Positions 52,810-64,000 of a stretch of DNA of 64,000 nucleotides are shown piece by piece (position 1 is the first letter of the stretch; every line of letters starts with the position of its first letter). Location: the NCBI GenBank assembly GCA_013265495.1, contig MU058418.1, positions 868,001 to 932,000 on the forward strand. Reading direction: 5' to 3'. A program made the translations under genes and the position numbers. The notes beneath the pieces are model-generated. The model was given only the letters and a program-made list of their open reading frames with translations. It had not been told where the DNA came from and did no database searches. The DNA comes from Vicugna vicugna (lineage: Eukaryota).

Positions 52810-53970
52810 CAATTCCATCCTAAAGCCATTAGATCAAGTAGAGTAAGGTAGACATCTATGCTTGGGGGTGGGGGTGTCAGAGGCCCAGAGAGGAGTGTCA
52901 GAGTACAGGTAAGAAGAGGAGGACATGGTGGTGGTGGTAGAGAATCCCGATGCAGAGTGTTTTATGCTGAGTGGGTAAGAAGGGTTTCCATGAAAGGGAG
53001 AGGACAGCAGTAACTGGGAGTTTGCTTAAATTCAGAAAGATTGATCAAATAAATAAATAAATTAAGAATAATGGGAGTCTGATTTCTCACTATCAGAGAA
53101 TGGAGTTACAAATATGAAAAGGGAGAAAAGTAAAATGAACTCTGTAGTGTTCAATTAGAATTAGCAATATCAATGGCTAGAAATACATATAGATATAGAA
53201 ATAAATATAGATGTAATTGCATATGTATGTATATTTGTATATACATGTATGCATTCACATAGGTATGTGTATATGTGTGTGTATTTTCCCTAGCTCTATC
53301 CACTGAGAAGGCCTAATAGCAGAAGCCCTCCAATAATAGTGAGCACACATAGTGTCTAGATTGTGGCTTCTAAATATCATTCTCCACTGAGAAGAACAAA
53401 GAATCCTTGGAGAAATAGCTGATTCTGCCACTGGGGCAGGAAAAGCACAAGTTTAGCCTGGATCATTTTTTTATACCAAAAAGTAAGGAAGTGCTTAAAG
53501 AATAATGGAGATATGTCAAGAAAGTACAGAAGCCAACTTGACTAGGCTCCCACTGGCCAAATCTGAGACAATTTGAGCATCAAAATAAATAATGATGTTT
53601 AATGGGTCATAACCCATTGAATAAAACGGAACCATAAGCCTATGGTGATATATTTAAATAAATGAATAAGTTGAATGTTTCATGAGGCTTAAGATATTTA
53701 CATATTTTCAAAGTCACCCCACCAAAAAAAATACATATTAACTGCAAATGGAAAAAAAATGCGTACAGTCGAGAAGTTTGTCAAATACCATGTTAATCAA
53801 ATAATCAACATGAATATCATCATAATGGGACAAATAGAAATTATATGCCACCTGATAGTATGCAGTTAGAAGAACACAGCACCAATTCTATTATATTCCT
53901 GCCAAAGATGCATAGCCTGATTCTAATCATGAGACGGCATCAGACAAATCAAATTAAGGTTTATTCTACT
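52810..53970 (+). mobile_element. Old L1 (L1MC/MD-like) 3' region
   Basis: Recalled motifs: cttggagaaatagctgattc, ggctcccactggccaaatctgagacaatttgagcatcaaaataaat, attcctgccaaagatgcatagcctga. Confidence 0.6.
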
Positions 53971-54339
53971 AGGGAAAAGAAGTAGTTTGGAAACCACTGT
54001 TCTATTACATTTTTGCAGTGGGCTACTGTCTGCTATGTGTCTCTGTTCTTCCTGTTTTTGAGCTTATACTGACCCTCTTCCACCATCATATATTGGTATA
54101 TGAGGACAGATAACTTAGCTTTTTAGTTCATAGGTCTCTGAACCAAGAAGAGCCATATTTGAACCTGTTGTTGAGACTACCAAATATCACCCAGAGGAGT
54201 CTGACTCACCCAAAGAGTCTAGACTTTGAGCTTTATAAAACGACAAGATGGGACTTTGGGTTTGTCTTCCTCGATGTAGGGTGGGGAGGTAGGTATATTT
54301 TGCCTGCAGGAAGGAGAGTGAACCAAATATTTAGGTGTC

Positions 54340-55245
54340 TGTGACCTAAATGGTTTAGGTGGTAGTCATAAATATCTTTTCCTAAATATTTCCAGTTTTT
54401 CTCCTGTGCATTTAATAGGATTGCACTTTGCTGTGCCCTTGAAATTTGCCCTGACTTGGTTAGGTTAGCCATTTGACTTAATTTGGCCAGCAAAATATAA
54501 GCAGAATTGACAGATGGAATCTTTAGAGGTAATTGTATGGTTTACCAGGGGGTCCCACCCCCTCCTCCCTCCCCACAATGACTAACACTTTTCTAGATGG
54601 TGGAAGTTTTGTTGGCCTAAGTGAGAATGCATGGAACAGAACCCCCAGCTGACTGACCTGTGACAGACATGCAACTTGAACAAGAAATAAACCTTTGTTT
54701 TTATAAGCTATTTAGATTTAGGGATTGTCGCCACAGCAAAACTTAAGTCACCCTAATGCATATTTATTTGCTGATTTCATCCTCACTATTTTCTCTGGTT
54801 CTCTCTGGACCTCCTTTTATTTGGATGTTAGACCTTATTGTGGAAATTGTTCAGCATCCTTCAATATCCATTCTCTCCTTCATCTTAATAACTCTCTCCT
54901 GAGTTTCAGCTGAGCATATGACCACGTGGACAGGACTGCATTCCCCCAGTGTCCCTTGCAGCTAGATGTGAACAGAAATGATGCATGTACCTTATGAGCC
55001 ATATCTTTAAGTTGTGACTTTTATTGACCTCCTTCCTGCTAGTTAGAAAATGTTAACAATTGAAACAGCAGCCCTGGATACAAGGATGGATATGGATACA
55101 ACATGTTTAGCGTGACAGAACCAGCTGGCATAAAGCAGAACCATCTACCTACCCTAGGCTATAGAGAAATAAACTTCTTTGCTATTTAAGCCACTATATT
55201 TTGGAGTCTCTTTGTTATAGCAGCTTAAGCTCTTTCCTAATATAG
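54340..55245 (+). mobile_element. Two adjacent MLT1-type LTR remnants
   Basis: Two MaLR-type 3' ends: aagaaataaacctttgtttttataagc (about 54690) and gagaaataaacttctttgctatttaagccact (about 55170). Confidence 0.6.
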
Positions 55246-55603
55246 TCCTCCTAGGCTGTTACTTTAATTTTCTAATCTTCTGTGTCCTCTCTTATTTTTT
55301 CATCTCTGTGTCTTTTTATCCTATTTTCAGATTTCATTAACTTTGTTCTCCAGTGCTTCTACTAGGTTTTTCATTTCTGCTGCTGTATTTTACATTTCTA
55401 ATAGTTCTTGTTTTGTAGATGCTACTTTTTTTTTTTAAGTTTTCTTTTTCCTCTTAACCTGTTTCCTCCAAGTTGCTTTTTTCTTCATTTTTCCTTGGAT
55501 GTCTGGTGAATTTTGACTCTGCTTATATTTAAGAGAGCAGTACTACAGAGCTGTATGGAAACTCATGTATAGGGCTGTTTGACTGTAGAGAATCACTATA
55601 GGC

Positions 55604-55778
55604 CAATGATTATCACCTGGGGGCAATTTATCCCCCTCCACTGAGGACATTGCCAATGTCTGGAAACATTTTTGGTTGTCACAACTAGGAAAGAAGTGCT
55701 GCTGACATCTAGTGGGTAGAGACCAGGAATGCTAAACATCTTACAATGCACAGAATGGTCACCCAAAACAAAGAATTG
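55604..55778. mobile_element. MER20-like hAT MITE
   Basis: caatgtctggaaacatttttggttgtcacaac...catctagtgggtagagaccagg...tacaatgcacag. Confidence 0.8.
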
Positions 55779-57139
55779 AAAACATTAATATTTTAGCTCT
55801 ATTCTCTTGGGCAGATCACACTCTTCAGAGAAGAATCTGCCAACATTCTGAGATTCTAGCAATGGAAAAAGACTATCAGTCTTCACATTTAGTTAGTGAA
55901 TCATTATTTAATTACCCTATTTTCAGTAAAACACTCCTGCCCTCAAATATGCTTGTGCCTCTTGGCCCAGACTCCCTCTATTTCACTTTCTCCAGAGATC
56001 AGAACTTCAGGGATATTCTGCTGGAGTTAGAGTAGGACAGAGTTGTAGGGAGGATATTGTAAACAGACTTTCAAACAATTATTCTCTTTTAATCTCCTCC
56101 ACCTCCATTTTCAGAGGTACCTGAAGTTCCCCACTTTGTGGGTTATTTGAAAGTTCTATAACGTAATTTATTTGCTTTCCCCACCTCCCCCCTACCCTCC
56201 ACTGCAGGCTTAGGATTCAGCTTTCCTGGTTGTGCCCAGTCAGTTATCATTAGTCCATCTGCTTTCCAGTTTTCAATATTCTTACTGTTTTCTTCCCTCC
56301 TGTTCTTTATGTTTCATGTATCTTTTAAAAAATCTTTTTACTGTCATTTTGTGGAGATTTCAGGAAGGAGCAGATCTAATCATGTGTTAGACTTGCTATC
56401 TTAAATGGCACTTTCCTCTGTTTTACCTCACTTTTCATTAAAGTAATTAGAATGTATCTCTTATACTCCCCCAAACACACACCTGTGAGATGATAACCTC
56501 ATGGAGAATGTGAACTGTGTCTTATTGTATTTCTATACTCAGAAGTACTTGACCTTAGTAGTTACTCAGTACATTTGTTACATTGAATTTATATAATGCA
56601 AATACACATCTGCTTTAAATGCTTTTTCCATTGATACATCAGTGGAAACTTATACTTCTGCTTTCCCAATTCTTTAATATATTTAAAAAGGTAGTAAGTT
56701 AACTCCTAATGTCCATAAACTTTGCATGCCTGACTAGAATGACCTGAACACATAAGTCATGTTGTTCATTCATGACAATTTTGCAAAGTATCTCGTATTC
56801 ACTCTGGTGGTCAATCACATTTCCAAATCTCCCACCCCTAAATAGAGTACTTTATAGCCTCTGCATTAGAAGATATTTTTAAAACAATGAAGTTTAATCA
56901 CATTTACTAGACAATTTGATTGTAAATATATATTTGTAATAAATGAGCCTTAATAGAACTTCATGTTTGTATCAATATATTTTTAAAATATTAGCTCAAT
57001 AAGAAAAAATAGAAATATACATGAATACGTGTGCTTCAGTATTTGTATATTATCAGTGACCAAATTCTGATCACTGAATTAATTTCCTAATATAACAGGA
57101 AAATCTGGTTATTAATTAGATACCTAATATATGATTTTA

Positions 57140-58737
57140 TGTCTCCCATAGCCAGGATTTGTGAGTCCAGGAATCAAGGGGTAGAAATTGGGAGTGTTGC
57201 CACTTACTGTTATCCCTAGTGACCTACTAGCAAAAATTTTGCTTCCTGTCTATGTAACCTTATGTTCTGCTGATCTTGAGATCTTAGTTCCAAAGGGTGG
57301 AATGCTTCCACCAGGAGACACAGCAATGATTCCATTGAGTTGGAAGGTAAAACTGCTGCCTAGCTACAGTGGGCTCCTCATGCATCTAAATCAATAAGCA
57401 AAGAAGGGAATTTCTGTGTTGGCTGTGACTGATCCTGACTACCAAGGGGAAATTGGACCACTGCTTCACAGTGGAGGTATGGAAGAATATATCTGGAATA
57501 TAGGAGATCCCTTAGTATCACCATGCCCTGTGATTAAGGCCAATGGCAAGCTACAACAACCCAATCCAGGCGAGACTACTAATGCTCCAGACCTTTCAAG
57601 AATGAAGATTTGGGTCACTCCTCCAGGTAGAGAACCATGATAGCTGAGATACTTGCTGAAGACAAAAGGGATACAGAATTGGGAGTGGAAGAAGGTAGTC
57701 ACCATCTATGATCATGTGACTAATTATAGAAATGAAGATGTAATTGTTAGGAGTATTCTTACTTATTTCATTATGAGTATGTGTATGTATCTCAAATATC
57801 TTTGTTTTCTTCCATCTCTCATTCCTTTTTCATATAAAATAAGATATATTGGCTTTATTCATAGTGTTTAAGTATTATTAATTTTACATCATAGAATTTA
57901 GGCTATGGGACAACAAGGAAAAGAGTAAACATCACTCCAAGACACTGCCTCCTCTTTTGTGGAAGGGGCTAGTGTTTTTTGTTTGTATGCAGGGTAGTTA
58001 TATCATGGTAGGTAGAATCATGACCTTGTTATTGTCTTTATTTAGCAATTAAGCTTGTTTTATTTATTTATTTTTTCCATTGAGGATGCGTGGATTTTTT
58101 TATTAACATTTTTTATTGATTTATAATCATTTTACAATGTTGTGTCAAATTCCAGTATTCAGCACAATTTTTCAGTCATTCATGGACATATACACACTCA
58201 TTGTCACATTTTTTTCTCTGTGAGTTATCATAACATTTTGTGTATATTTCCCTGTGCTATACAGTGTAATCTTGTTTATCTATTCTACAATTTTAAAATC
58301 CCAGTCTATTCCTTCCCACCCTCCACCCCCCTGGTAACCACAAGTCTGTATTCTCTGTCTGTGAGTCTATTTCTGTCCTGTATTTATGCTTTGTTTTTGT
58401 TTGCTTGTTTGTTTTTGTTTTTCTTTTTTAGATTCCGCATATGAGCGATCTCATATGGTATTTTTCTTTCTCTTTTTGGCTTACTTCACTTAGAATGACA
58501 CCTGCACCCCAATGTTCATAGCAGCACTATTTACAATAGCCAAAACATGGAAACAGCCTAAATGTCCATCAACAGGTGAACTGGATAAAAAGAGGTGGTA
58601 TATTTATACAATGGAATACTACTCAGCCATAAAAACCGACAACATAATGCCATTTGCAGCAACATGGATGCTCCAATTAAGCTTGTTTTAAGGAGATGCA
58701 TATGGGTGCCAAGTTGACAAGGGGATGGATGCCAAGT
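57140..58737 (+). mobile_element. Degenerate ERV-L internal 3' region (dUTPase-like remnant, polypurine tract), interrupted by the L1
   Basis: Broken frames PKGGMLPPGDTAMIPLSWKVKL...TDPDYQGEIG resemble dUTPase motif III. ccaagttgacaagggg lies just before the LTR. Confidence 0.8.
58063..58673 (-). mobile_element. Young LINE-1 3' end with 5' inversion and short extra 3' segment
   Basis: Minus-strand L1 end at 58095-58500 joined to a plus-strand L1 segment at 58495-58673. Perfect 17-bp TSD caattaagcttgtttta at 58046-58062 and 58674-58690. Confidence 0.93.
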
Positions 58738-59301
58738 TGTGATGGTTAATTTTATGTGTCAACCTGACTGGGCCATGGGGTATCCAGTATTTGGTCAAAT
58801 ATTATTCTGGGTGTGTCTGTGAGTGTGTTTGTGGATAAGCTAACATTTGAATTAGTACACTATGTAAAGCAGATTGCTGTCCCTAGTGTAGGTGGGTCTC
58901 ATCCAATCAATCAAAGACCTAATAGAACAAAAAGGCTGAATAAGAGGGAAATCCTGCCTGACTGCTTAAAGCTGGGTCACTGACTGTTTTTCCTGCCTTT
59001 GGACTTAAACTGAAACATCAGCTCTTCTTGAGTCTCGAGCCTGCCAGCTTTCATACTGGAACTTACACTATCAACTCTCCTGGTTCTCAGGCCTTCAGAT
59101 TCAGACTATAACTACACATAAATTCTCCTGGTCTTAAGCTTGCCTACTGCACATCTCAGGACTTCTCAGCCTCCATAATATCTGAGGCATTTCCTCATAA
59201 TAAATATCCCTCCATCCCCCACCACTCTATATATATCTATATCTATATCTGCATTGTATCTCCTCTTGGTTCTATTTCTCTGGAGAATCCTGACTAATAC
59301 A
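58738..59301 (+). mobile_element. MLT2-type (ERV-L) LTR
   Basis: Begins tgtgatggttaattttatgtgtcaac, ends ggagaatcctgactaataca, with an internal AATAAA. Confidence 0.88.
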
Positions 59302-62300
59302 GATACTTTAATTGTAAATAGAAAAGTGATTGTACTTTTTTTAAAAAACTTTGTTAATTATTCAATGCTTAGTAATAACCATATACTATAGTTTTATGTA
59401 TCTCAAAATATGTTTTATTATTTATTGTTTGTTATCCATTTAATTTCCTCAAATATATAGATTGCTAGAGAAATCAATAAGATGCTGTTTCTATACAGTA
59501 TGCTTTTTAAAATACCAAGTTTTAAATATTCTAAGTTAGTCATATTCATTGTGTACATGACAACAGAAGCAGAAGGGAAAATGTTATACACAAGGTAAGG
59601 TGTATGAATGTACATGTCTCAGAGAAGTGGATGCTCTTCAGTTTACCTATGGCAACATTTGGAGCAAGTACCACTTGTTATTATCGCTTACTTGATGACC
59701 CAGCCAATGTTAAATTGTTTGCTTTGCTTCTTTTGTAAACTTTTATTTTCCTTCCAATTCTAATTATGCCCAATTGCGCTATTCAAGTAAAGTTATTTAA
59801 TCTTCCCTGTTCTGATTGATATTTTAATTATTCAGTTCTTTCCAGCTGTGTCCACCCCAGCTTTGTATGAAGAATGGAGAGCTATGCTTTATGTATTTGA
59901 GTGATAAAACTGCAGACTGGGTCATTTTTTTCTCCCAAAAATTAGAGAAAGAAATTACACACCCCAAAAAAACCTCTTCTGCTTTTCTGAGTACTATGGA
60001 GGAAACAGTTGCCTATTCATTCCCTCTTGTTAGTCTGCTAACATTTTAAAGAGTCTGACAACTATTTAAAGTAATTACTTGGTTTTACAACAAATCAATC
60101 AATCCATCTACCTTGGACTTGTCCGATGTCAACTAAGATCTCATTTTGACTCTCTGGGTACCTTGACTGTATTCCTAGATCTTCAGAGACTGGATTCTCT
60201 GTGCATTTGAGAATAACTACTGGATGATTTTATAGAGGCAATAATGTGACTGAGGGACTTGCCTATAGGCTTCCATCAAGGCAGTCTATCTGTTGAAACT
60301 CTTTTGATTTTAAGAAACAGAAACCAACTCAAGTTAACTTAAGCAAAAAGTAGAAAATATAAAGGATGAAACCAAGGCCATGTCTCAGGATGGGACTGAA
60401 ACTATGCACCATACACTCTGTCTTTGTTCCACTTTGTGTATCTCTTTATCCAGTCTTCATGGTAGAAAATATGGCATGAGCTACATTTTTTGTATCTCTT
60501 GCGTTAAAGATTTCAGATTAGACAAAGACCAGATCTTTTATTCTCAATTCCAAATTTTCCAAGGTTGAGTCTCTGTTCAGCCCAAACTATAGCCAAGGGA
60601 AGTGTTAGGGATCATAATTTATAACCGTGACTGCTCAGAGGCTATCCTGTGACCATGTAGATATATGGGAGGGAAAGGGGGATGTTTGCAGAGAAGGGAG
60701 GCTGGATGGCAGACTTAGTAGGTCTCTACTGCAAGGCCCTCCTCAAGGAAAATTGATCTTAAACAGTAGTCTACTGGAGTCCATGCAGTGGAAAAGGAAG
60801 TGGATGGTATTAAGATAGGTTGGGTAAAAGGAGGAATTTTGAGGCAATTGGGCCTTTTGGGGATCCCTTTAATACATCCCATAAGTATCTTTTTTTTTTT
60901 AAATATAGGTCATTTGAGCCATTCTTACACAAAGATTTAAATGACTGTGGCAAGTTTATTCCTGGATTTTGAGCTGTCTTTAAATTCAAATGTATATTTG
61001 TTATCCAGATCAGCTTTGCAGAGATCTAGTTCAATGATCATAGTACCTGAACTGACCATAATGAGCAAGCAGTAACTCAGTTATTTTCACCCTGTAAACC
61101 AATGGTTTCCAGCCTGAGATTCCCTAGACATCTAGGAGTCCATAAGGGAATTGAAAATCTGTAAGCTTTTTGCAATATTTCATAAAGTCTAAAGGAAATC
61201 ATATACTTTCTTGACACAAAGCTACCTAAAATATCAAATTTCTCTGTTTTAGAGTGGAATTATATTAAGTCAGGGCAGCAACTCTGTTTTTCCATGCTGA
61301 TCTATGCTCTGAGCTTAATATACGGATACAGATGTTGGTATCGATATATACACAAGCAATTGCTTAAATAAATTCTGAGTAAATGAATTCCATCTTGGGA
61401 ATATGTGATTTTAATAAATTTATATATGGCCACTATTATTCTGTTTATATTCTAAAGACTGTAGAAAGAGAAATTTAAGGCTCAAGTTTAATAAAGTCAA
61501 CTTTCCTGGAGATCTACATACATGGTTAGTTAGCCATCTCCCTAAAACAATGATCTCTTTAAAATCCTTTTACTTTCCTCTTAAAATATATTAAAATGTC
61601 ATCTGCTCCATTATTAGGAAATATATTGATTATGATAATATATTGCCTTAATGACAAGAGACCTGTGGGTGATAGGTTGTTTCCAGAAATGCTCTGCCTT
61701 TAGAGCATGAATTCTGAATCTCCCTGTGAATGTCAAGACCTTGAATGTTTAGAATTTTCTATAGGTCCTTATCTCCACAATGACCATAAGCACTTGGTTA
61801 TTTCTCTGCTACATCCCATGATTAAGCCCTCTGGACCCAGATGTAAGAACAAAATCGATTGGTTAGTTTTCTAAGATACTAATTCTCTGCTTGTAGTCCA
61901 AGTGGTCAGAAACCCTTCAAGCCCTAGACAGTTGTACATATAACTGCCTGAAATCCACTTTGGAATAAAGCCATTTCTCTCCCTATAGTCAAGACATGTC
62001 AGTAGGTCATTTTCAGCAGCCCTGAACTCTTCTCTTTTACCTCACTAAGGCTCAAACCTCTGCACTAAGTTGCTATTCCATTCTGCCTTTCAGAAAAGTA
62101 ATTAATCCCAATTCAAATGAGAAAGCCCGTAATCATCTTTAAATGTACTCTATACTTCAGTCTTAGAAATTATATATCGAAGTTTGAAAAGAAGTTAGTG
62201 GGATAGTTAGTGGGATTAGAAACAGTATTGAAGACACAAATTTTAATAGAATGTATTAGTTTTTTAAAGCATTACTTTAAATATACAGCTACATATTCAG

Positions 62301-63673
62301 AATTTATTCAAAGTTGATTCATGTATGATGGACAAATAACTTCCCAAATGTGCTTCTTTGTAAAGCTATGAAAACTGGAGAGGAGAATTAGGTAGGACAT
62401 GCACTAATGAGTGTAAGATTTTCTCCTCACCCTTAAATACTTCTACAGGATGTTCTTTGTAAAACAAGTGTAGTGAAAATTCCCCTTTTCTTCCTTGAAG
62501 CATCTGTGAGTCTTTCTTTATATAAAATGAGCTTTTTTGGTGAGCACATGACAAGGAAGAGGTTCAGTGTAACAAGCAATCATGTTATTTTAAAAACCTC
62601 CACCTCAAATTAAGTTTACATATGGCAGCTTTTTAGAGACGGTCAGTTGCAACATGTGAGCAATTTAAAAGTGTAACATTTCATTTACAGGTTCAGAGTA
62701 GCTTTCAATTCTTATACTAGTGTGCTTCTAATTAAATCTTAATTGTACATTCATTATGAATTGAAAGAAACACTGATATACTGGATTTTCCACAAAAGGA
62801 ATACAAGATAGCCCTCATAAAATGGCTGGTTAATCCAAAGAAAAGGAATAAAATGTGGAAATAATCCTTACAATTAAAGCCTAACATTTGAAGTTGTATG
62901 ATTATTAAATTATCACAAGTAGTATCTTTTTATAGACCCAAATTATTTAAATATATATGATTTGTTATGGTAAATCACTAGAATGCATGAGGAGCAATGA
63001 CCAGGTAGTAAAAGTAATGAAAATGATGTATACAATAATTTAAGTTGCTACTTTATCATATACCAATTTTAAAATATATACTTGTGAAATAAACATTTTT
63101 TAAGTGGGTTTATCTTAAGATCAGAAAAAGAAAGGACCAAAAATGTAAGTAGCCCAGTGCTGCTTTCTCATGGGACAGGACTTTTGTCTGAATTGTAGGG
63201 TTATTGCTACACTTGTCTCATTACACCTCTTTGGCATATACTTGGGTAATTTGAATTTTCAACATAGCATGAAATAGTTTTCAAAAATAAATCAATGATC
63301 CTTCCATTTTTAATTCCTCCTGCCTATAGAGTCATCATTCATGAAATCTGGTGATTTTGAACTTAAAATTTAAATGAATTTACTCTCTTTTCCATTATCT
63401 CCTGCAACCAGCTCTTTAAAGAATAAAGGAAATAATAACTTAAAAAATACACCAAGAAAGGCTCCCAACAACTTTGTGGAACTAAAGTTGGAAACAAAAC
63501 ATGTATTTCTGATATCCAGAGAGCTGGAAGATAGCATCTCAGCCCAGGTTTTTCTCATAGTCTGAGACTGGAAATTTATTCTTTTTTTGAGAAATAAAAT
63601 ACAGAAAAGCACATGTATCTGCAATCCAGATTTAACAATTAACATTTTGTAATGTTTGTTTAAAGTCATTTTT

Positions 63674-63848
63674 GTATATATATTTTTATTGAAATATAGT
63701 CAGTTTACAATGTTGTATCAATTTCTGATGTACAGCATAATGCTTCAGTCATACATGAACATACGTATATTCATTTTCATATTATTTTTCACCATAAGTT
63801 ATTATAAGATATTGAATATAGTTCCCTGTGCTATACAGTATAAATTTG
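63674..63848 (-). mobile_element. Short L1 3' end fragment
   Basis: atatagtcagtttacaatgttg...gttccctgtgctatacag. 18-bp TSD ttgtttaaagtcattttt at 63656-63673 and 63849-63866. Confidence 0.85.
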
Positions 63849-64000
63849 TTGTTTAAAGTCATTTTTATAAAAGTAATTTTTAAAGTTCACCTTCATTTCT
63901 CCTCTAATCCCATGCTCCCCTACTCCTTCCTCCCACAATCAAGGCTGTAACCCTCATAATTTGGTGTATTAGTCTCTATTGCTGTATAACAAATGACCCC

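Noticed and set aside
62193..62216. Short 12-13 bp tandem or near-tandem duplications (also about 11150, 43768 and 52306)
   Set aside because: Common micro-duplications with no sign of function.
59400..63600. Repeat-poor upstream stretch as possible conserved enhancers (also 9500-9740 and 10200-10800)
   Set aside because: Conservation cannot be assessed from one sequence and I saw no diagnostic motif.

Overview
This is mammalian genomic DNA, most likely camelid, judging from tRNA-derived SINEs that resemble the camelid vic-1 family. It contains one complete protein-coding gene, OSTM1 (osteopetrosis-associated transmembrane protein 1, the ClC-7 beta-subunit), on the minus strand. Its six coding exons are 51044-50637, 43192-43078, 31860-31763, 24286-24119, 22052-21887 and 18414-18359. 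All introns are GT-AG, and the exons total 1011 nt (336 aa plus stop). A CpG-island promoter lies at about 50.6-51.5 kb, and the long AU-rich 3'UTR runs down to about 15.4-16.1 kb. The rest is intron and intergenic sequence dense in repeats (young and old L1, L2, MIR, SINEs, solo LTRs, an ERV-L remnant, hAT and Tigger DNA transposons). I found no evidence of a new biological system. The most notable items are retrotransposition structures. One is a young 3 kb L1 with an uninterrupted ORF2 fragment in OSTM1 intron 3. Another is an L1 combining a twin-priming inversion with a probable 18-nt 3' transduction. A third L1 has a 49-bp tandem duplication across its junction. Repeat family names come from recalled consensus sequences, not a database search, and the boundaries of old repeats are approximate.
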